This document shows, piece by piece, positions 58,158-64,000 of a stretch of DNA of 64,000 nt; position 1 is the stretch's first letter, and each line of letters opens with the position of its first letter. Source of the DNA: a virus; the IMG/VR virus record IMGVR_UViG_2030936005_000025, positions 44,451-108,450 of that record; one strand, written 5' to 3'. The notes beneath the pieces were generated by a model. It made no database searches. It was not told where the DNA came from and saw nothing but the letters and a program-made list of their open reading frames with translations. The position numbers were made by a program, and so were the translations under genes.

Positions 58158-61019
58158 ATGACCACCAATACTCAACAGTTACCTAATGGGTATAAACCTG
58201 TTGACAAAACGAAGATAAAAGGAAGGCTTAAGAATCTCTCTCCTTTAGATCAAGGTTTACGTTCTTTATTAGTGAAAGATCCTGAAACTAAAAGCGAACG
58301 TCAGATCGAGGAAAAGAGTAAGCCTCCCCTTTCGAAAGTCAAGAGTATCTCTGACATAATCAGTAATAATATCCAGGCCACTACTGACCTGCGCACAATT
58401 ACTCATTATATCAAACGCGCGGAACAGATCTGGACGACTCTGTTGATGAAGCCGAATGGGGATCAGCGTCAGTTATTGATTTATGACACTGAGAGTTCTG
58501 AGGTAAAGAACGGTAAACTGCACGAACTGTTATTACAGAAAGTGGAGAACTACTTTACAACAAAATTCCCCTTCGAAGAGATGGCTCCTCAAATTATTAA
58601 AGATGTCCTTTTCCGTACCGGTTCATACGTTTATGTGAACATGAGCCACGCGGTTTTGGACCACTTGATCAACGGTATGGAGATCGTTGGGACAGAGTCA
58701 TTTAAGCAAAACACTGACTATATCTTGGGTCAGCATTTTGTTGAAAAGAACTGGAAGAAGGCACGTAACATTGGTTTCATTCGTGAGAAGAAGAAAGAAA
58801 CTCATGCAATGGAAGGTTTGGAATCTCTCTACGGTGGAGCGATTCAACGTGACCCTGAATACAATCTGGTTCATGCTGATTTAAACTGGACCTTTACTGA
58901 TAACCCAGTAGTACTGAAGGTTGGTGAACTTGCCCAGGTTATGCGTGAAGAACGCCTGAAGAATGCAGCGGGTATGGAGGGTCTTAACTCTGCCATTAAC
59001 AATGTGTTCAAAAAGGAAAAGGGTAAACGTCACAAGGCTAACAACAACCACATTAATGCACCAGACCGTAAAGGGTTATCGGAAGCATTGGCTGAGTTGT
59101 ATCCCAACCGCAACTATAACCAAATGGAATCTCTGTCTGTTCGTAAAGGCAAGTTCTATACGGGTAATGGTCGCGGTATTGGTATCGGACAACACTGGCC
59201 TTCTGAGTCGTGCATCACGGTTAACTTGAACGGTGAAATTGGTAAACCTTTCGGTGTGATTCTGTTAACGGATCCTGACACTGGTTCTCCATTGAAAACC
59301 GTCAGTGATGTTAAGTTCTATCAGACCGCCAAAGAGAACGGCGTTCAGAAAGGTCCTGCCGTTAACTCTATCAACGACGTTATCCAGCATATCCGTACGG
59401 TTGCCTCAGGCGGTGAATGTACTGAAGACATGGCCTGGATGGCTGAGTTTGCTTCTGCTACATTAGAGAAAGAATTCATCCAGGGTTTCCTCAACGGTGA
59501 TCTTCAAAAGGATGTTTCTATCTCACTGACTGAAGAGAACAAGAAGCTGTTCTTGTCTCGTGCTCTGAAGTCTCAAGGTGTGCGTGCAATCTTCGTTCCT
59601 TATGAATATGTGACTTACGTCGCAACAGACTTTAACCGTTTAGGTTCTGGTCGTTCATTGGTTGATGAAGCGAAACTCCACATCACTCGTTTGGCGGTAT
59701 TGGACACAGCAAGTGCATTGGCACAGGTTGAGAACTCTATCTCTCATACTCTCTTGGAGATTACCCCGGAAGAGGAAGATGTAGACATTCGTAACACGGT
59801 CTCCTTGATTCGTGATGAATGGTTCTCAGGCAACCCAACCTTGCATGATATCCTGGGTTACAACAACGTTTCTATCGATGCGATCTTGGACCGTTTTAAA
59901 GAACAGTCCGTGACCGTTAAAGTCAATGCCTCGAATAACCCTCATACGGTTAACACAGAGGTTACCGCTTCTCAAATGGAGCGTGAACCATTGAAGTCTA
60001 TCGACCCAGAATCACGTGAAACCTTATTGAATACCGTTGCTGGTTTCTTTGGTTTAAAACGTAGCTGGTTAGAGGACACCGGTGAAGGTAATGACTTTGC
60101 GATTGAAGCATTAGCCGATCAGGAACTGCTTCGTAACCAGACCAACGAATACTCTCGTCAGTTCTCTGGCTTCTTTACTGATATCATGCGCAAACACATG
60201 CGTGTCAATGAGCCATTAATTGGTGAATTGGTCGACATCATTAAAGAGAACAAAACACTTTATGAGAAACCTGACCAGACAGGTAACTTAGAAGTGAAAG
60301 AAGATACTGCTGAGAAGATCAATAAGTCTGGCGATGACGATACCGAAGTTGATGATCTTGAACAGATTGAATTGGTCTTGAAAGACTTCTTGAATACGTT
60401 CTATGTTCTTCTGCCTACTCCAGCTATTACCGATTCACTGGTGAAACTGGAAGACAAGATTGAAGCCGTTGAGAAACTGGTTGAGTCTTGGGTGAACTTG
60501 GGTGGCGGTTCTAAGATGCTGAAACGTCGTGCAGAGGAAGCAGGTCTTGTTGGAGACGATATCGTTGAGAACATGAAAGCTATCCTTCTGAATGAAGCCT
60601 TTGAACGCTTCAACTTACCAATGCCATTCGAAGCTATCTTGAACAAAGGTAAGACTGGCGGTATGATGACGTACATCAACAAGGCTGTTGATTTGGATAG
60701 TAACGTGTTGGCGTTCTTGACTGAGTGGGCTAAGGGCATTGAGAAGAATAGCAATAAAGCCACTAAGCTTAAAGAGCGTGTTGACAAAGCTAACTCACCG
60801 GATGACTTAGATGCTCTGCCAGCAGGTGATCCTGACCTTACCGGTGATGCTTCATTGACCCCTGAAAACGAGGAGATCATTGAAGAACCTAATGGTAGTG
60901 AAGAGGTTAAGAGTTTCGATGAGAATGATGAGGCAGCGCAAGCTCAGCAATCAGAACTCAATGACGAAACTAAACCTGAAGGTGGTGACGACATCTGGGC
61001 TGAACCACCTACAGAGTAA
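58158..61019 (+). CDS. Probable portal protein (phiKZ gp129-like)
   Basis: 953 aa with an acidic tail and GxE processing-like sites (VGTE, EGLE, AGME); position divergent from the structural gene matches recalled phiKZ-group synteny. Confidence 0.55.
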   Translation: MTTNTQQLPNGYKPVDKTKIKGRLKNLSPLDQGLRSLLVKDPETKSERQIEEKSKPPLSKVKSISDIISNNIQATTDLRTITHYIKRAEQIWTTLLMKPNGDQRQLLIYDTESSEVKNGKLHELLLQKVENYFTTKFPFEEMAPQIIKDVLFRTGSYVYVNMSHAVLDHLINGMEIVGTESFKQNTDYILGQHFVEKNWKKARNIGFIREKKKETHAMEGLESLYGGAIQRDPEYNLVHADLNWTFTDNPVVLKVGELAQVMREERLKNAAGMEGLNSAINNVFKKEKGKRHKANNNHINAPDRKGLSEALAELYPNRNYNQMESLSVRKGKFYTGNGRGIGIGQHWPSESCITVNLNGEIGKPFGVILLTDPDTGSPLKTVSDVKFYQTAKENGVQKGPAVNSINDVIQHIRTVASGGECTEDMAWMAEFASATLEKEFIQGFLNGDLQKDVSISLTEENKKLFLSRALKSQGVRAIFVPYEYVTYVATDFNRLGSGRSLVDEAKLHITRLAVLDTASALAQVENSISHTLLEITPEEEDVDIRNTVSLIRDEWFSGNPTLHDILGYNNVSIDAILDRFKEQSVTVKVNASNNPHTVNTEVTASQMEREPLKSIDPESRETLLNTVAGFFGLKRSWLEDTGEGNDFAIEALADQELLRNQTNEYSRQFSGFFTDIMRKHMRVNEPLIGELVDIIKENKTLYEKPDQTGNLEVKEDTAEKINKSGDDDTEVDDLEQIELVLKDFLNTFYVLLPTPAITDSLVKLEDKIEAVEKLVESWVNLGGGSKMLKRRAEEAGLVGDDIVENMKAILLNEAFERFNLPMPFEAILNKGKTGGMMTYINKAVDLDSNVLAFLTEWAKGIEKNSNKATKLKERVDKANSPDDLDALPAGDPDLTGDASLTPENEEIIEEPNGSEEVKSFDENDEAAQAQQSELNDETKPEGGDDIWAEPPTE

Positions 61020-61020
61020 A

Positions 61021-61072
61021 CAAAAAAAATAAAGTATAGTGAAACCCTACTCACCCATTTGGGTGAGTAGGG
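61021..61072. terminator. Terminator at convergent junction
   Basis: CA8TAAAG tract plus ccctactcaccc-attt-gggtgagtaggg. Confidence 0.75.
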
Positions 61073-61078
61073 AATTAC

Positions 61079-61609
61079 TTATGCTTCTTCAGCCAGCACT
61101 TCAACGTCAACTGTTGCCAGTTTACCTTTGATGGTGTTCAGGATGCTGTCGCGCGCAAAGGCAGAACCAACGAATGCTACGTTTGCAGACAGGCTGGTTG
61201 CAACCAGTGCGACACCTTCGTGACCGTTAACCTGAGGAACATAGTCAACAGCAGCGCGTACACCAGAACCTACTACAGCAGCTGCCAGACCCACGCCTGC
61301 GATTTCCAGAACAGAATACTGTTTGGCATCGTCACCATGAACGCTTTTCTCCAGCAGGTTGTTTACCACCATGTCGCCAGTTGACATGATCGCAGACATT
61401 GCGCCAGCAGCAGCGATATTGATCCAATCACGTTTGCCAGCTGCTTTCTTCGCAGCGTTCAGTTTGTCACCTTTGATAACTTCCTGAACCAGCGCGTCAG
61501 CTTCTGCTTCTACAGCAGCTTTCTGTTCTGCAGTCAGTACAACTTCTGCACCTTCGATTGCAGTGATTTCTTCAGCGGTGTTCTGAGCAGCAGTGTTTAC
61601 GTTTTTCAT
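61079..61609 (-). CDS. Ala/Gly-rich membrane-associated early protein
   Basis: High-expression codon usage, three weakly hydrophobic Ala/Gly helices, own promoter motif and terminator. Confidence 0.6.
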   Translation of the reverse strand: MKNVNTAAQNTAEEITAIEGAEVVLTAEQKAAVEAEADALVQEVIKGDKLNAAKKAAGKRDWINIAAAGAMSAIMSTGDMVVNNLLEKSVHGDDAKQYSVLEIAGVGLAAAVVGSGVRAAVDYVPQVNGHEGVALVATSLSANVAFVGSAFARDSILNTIKGKLATVDVEVLAEEA

Positions 61610-61669
61610 AATTTAATCCTTACTAAGTTTAGGAGAGTTCAAGCATTAGGAATTAATACTTGTTGTTTA

Positions 61670-61692
61670 TACACTTAAATTATATATGTCTG
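61670..61692 (-). promoter_or_regulatory. Putative phage early promoter
   Basis: Minus strand reads AGACATATATAA-tttaa-GTGTA. Confidence 0.55.
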
Positions 61693-61719
61693 AAATTTCT
61701 TGTAACTGAAATCTGAGCC

Positions 61720-62475
61720 TTATTTCATACCGTCAATAGGCGTAGGTAAATCATACTGAGGTTTGTTATGGTTAATAATGGAGTTCATCAACCGGATAAC
61801 AGAGATGGTATAACCACGGAAAACGTGCCAGTAACCATCCTGAAGGAATAATGCAATTCCCCAGTTACTGCTGAACATGGTTTTTTCGATGTTCTCTACC
61901 GCATCGACATATGTGCTGTAGAGGTAATCGCTTTCATCTCGCAACTTGATTTGGCTGCTACCTTGACGTTTGGCGACGATATCGAAGATACGGCTAAGTT
62001 CTCGGATATCGGTATTCTCCATACCTTCAATCTCTAAGTTAGCTTGTTCCAGTAAAGAAGGACGAGAATGAAGATACTTCTGCTCAAACTCTTTGGCAGA
62101 GAAACCTTCTAGTTTCATTCCTTCTTTTAATGGAATAGCTGCATTGAGAATCTCAAGCAGAAACGGTATAGATTTATTCCCACCAAACGCCGCCAACATT
62201 CCGGCTTCTTCAACCCAAGTGAATGGATGTTTTCCATCGTTGATGCGAATGGATTCCATAAGTTGTTCTACCGCACATTTTGCCGTAGTGTTTAACTTTG
62301 AACCCTTAAGTATCACACCTTTAATTTCAACTGGAGGGAATTGTTTACACCGTTCAATCTGTGCCTGAGTTGGTTGATTGAAATCATGGGGTTGTTGGGT
62401 GCGAGTAGAAACAAAGCTTTCGCTGAACTTAGGAAAGTTGCGGTTCCACGCATAAGCACGAGGGCGTTTAGACAT
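61720..62475 (-). CDS. Hypothetical protein
   Basis: 251 aa; SD aagga. Confidence 0.65.
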   Translation of the reverse strand: MSKRPRAYAWNRNFPKFSESFVSTRTQQPHDFNQPTQAQIERCKQFPPVEIKGVILKGSKLNTTAKCAVEQLMESIRINDGKHPFTWVEEAGMLAAFGGNKSIPFLLEILNAAIPLKEGMKLEGFSAKEFEQKYLHSRPSLLEQANLEIEGMENTDIRELSRIFDIVAKRQGSSQIKLRDESDYLYSTYVDAVENIEKTMFSSNWGIALFLQDGYWHVFRGYTISVIRLMNSIINHNKPQYDLPTPIDGMK

Positions 62476-62484
62476 TTTTTATCC

Positions 62485-62916
62485 TTAACGATAAGTAACC
62501 AGTGAACGTTCTTGATTAGAGAACGCGTGTCGAATTAAACGACGCAGATCGTCGGTTGTGAAATTACGCAGCTGTAAGGTCTTTCCTTTATTAGAAGACA
62601 TTAACTTACTACGGTCCAACCGCCATTCCAGAAAACGTTGTACTTCGGGTGAGGAGGTATCCTGCACCATAAGACGAACTTTCCCACCTACCTTGTTAAT
62701 TCCTTTCAACAGGATGTGATGTTTCTCACATTCCCCATTCACCACCAACTCAAACACCTCCTCTTCTTTTATGTCATCCAGCGCGCCCAACCCCAAGTCC
62801 TTGCTTAACGCAACACGTGCGATGTTCAGCTTTGCTGTCATCTGCAACATCTCACTCAGTGGCAGTTCAGATTTGGTTTTAGCCGGAACGAAGATAGAAG
62901 TAGTGATCTTTTTCAT
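62485..62916 (-). CDS. Hypothetical protein
   Basis: 143 aa. Confidence 0.6.
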   Translation of the reverse strand: MKKITTSIFVPAKTKSELPLSEMLQMTAKLNIARVALSKDLGLGALDDIKEEEVFELVVNGECEKHHILLKGINKVGGKVRLMVQDTSSPEVQRFLEWRLDRSKLMSSNKGKTLQLRNFTTDDLRRLIRHAFSNQERSLVTYR

Positions 62917-63104
62917 TAATGCTTTTCCTAAGGTATAATTAGACTGTGTGTAAAAGCCTGTAAGCGGCTTTTGCTATATAAAGGATACATATTCCTTCTA
63001 TATAATAAAAGGCGCTCTGTGAGCGATACAGCAGCAAAGAGAGTCCACCCGAAGGCAGACTCTCTAGGTTAACTTAATTCATGAATTAACTTAGTTGCTA
63101 CTGA

Positions 63105-63998
63105 TTACTCACAGACAGGGACTGGGTGAACATAGTCCTCAAATGTTGATACTGCGCGTAATACGAATACGCCTTCAGGATCAAATCCAGAACGAGTCAG
63201 AGCCCAAACCTTGTTGCCTTCATCTTTACGGAATTTCACCAACACCTGCGGATACTCTTTGAAGTGACGTGCGCCAACTTCAATAGCTTTCCGAACTATC
63301 GCGAATAGTTTAGGGTCGATTGATTCTTTAATATACACTGCTTCAAGAGCATGAGGACCATTCTCTTTAATCAGGTTGATGAATACACTGTCACGCTTGA
63401 AAATGATCTTGCGTTTAGCATCGTTCATCATGACGGCACGAGAAACTTCATCTTCATTCTTGTACAGTTCTTCAAACTCTTTACGAGTCTCTTCTTTATC
63501 TACGATGATTTCAATACCGTTACGGATAAAGTCGTTAGAACCATAGTTCATGAAAGCACGCAGAGTTGGGTGATCACGATCGCTCATCCACTGTACGAGT
63601 TCTTCCAGATCTTCAAAGATGTTGCGTACACGAAGATATTCGGCAGACAGGTCATCTTTGTCTTCTGCATAACCACGAACTTCAACCAACCAACGGTTGA
63701 CCAGGTTAGTCAGATAAGACTGAACGAAAGAAGTAAACTCTTCATCGTTGTGTTCACGACATACACCACGCAGGTGACGGATGACTTGTGCAGTATCAGT
63801 CTTGTCCTGAGTATTGCCACGAACCATCAGCTTGAACTGAGAATAGAACTGATCAACATCAGTCGCTTCATCCAGGGTCCACTGACGCGTATTTGCCATC
63901 GGTAATACAAATGCATCTAACTGAGACTTTGGATCGTGCGCAGCTGTGTGAGCATTGATACGATTCAGAGTGTTTTCGTTACCCAGGTTAGCTTTCAT
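63105..63998 (-). CDS. Hypothetical protein (possibly 5'-truncated by window end)
   Basis: At least 297 aa; the ORF reaches the window edge. Confidence 0.6.
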   Translation of the reverse strand: MKANLGNENTLNRINAHTAAHDPKSQLDAFVLPMANTRQWTLDEATDVDQFYSQFKLMVRGNTQDKTDTAQVIRHLRGVCREHNDEEFTSFVQSYLTNLVNRWLVEVRGYAEDKDDLSAEYLRVRNIFEDLEELVQWMSDRDHPTLRAFMNYGSNDFIRNGIEIIVDKEETRKEFEELYKNEDEVSRAVMMNDAKRKIIFKRDSVFINLIKENGPHALEAVYIKESIDPKLFAIVRKAIEVGARHFKEYPQVLVKFRKDEGNKVWALTRSGFDPEGVFVLRAVSTFEDYVHPVPVCE

Positions 63999-64000
63999 CG

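Noticed and set aside
1..64000. tRNA genes or an alternative genetic code
   Set aside because: No cloverleaf or T-loop signatures recognised in intergenic gaps; standard-code ORFs tile the window densely.

Overview
A segment of a phiKZ/SPN3US-like jumbo myophage genome (inferred from gene content; probably an enterobacterial host). Layout: (1) 1-7.9 kb, + strand: four related Ig-like-repeat virion fibre/decoration genes, the first truncated by the window edge. (2) 8-25 kb, - strand: a dense block of small, mostly uncharacterised early-type genes with several tandem paralog families, a degenerate kinase and an HTH protein. (3) 25-36 kb: a probably processed head protein with an N-terminal P-loop domain, RNase HI, NAD-dependent DNA ligase, a signal-peptide lytic transglycosylase and an SbcC-like ATPase. 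(4) 36-61 kb: baseplate spike, four paralogous tail-fibre-type proteins (one with BspA/DUF285 repeats), overlapping two-component spanin, holin candidate, RuvC, structural proteins and a probable portal. I saw no tRNA, CRISPR, integrase or reverse transcriptase. The most striking unexplained pattern is in the fibre cluster, where Ig-like domains appear split across gene boundaries. This suggests an anchor/adaptor/self-polymerising/cap fibre built by donor-strand complementation (hypothesis). All assignments come from motif reading by eye; no searches were run.
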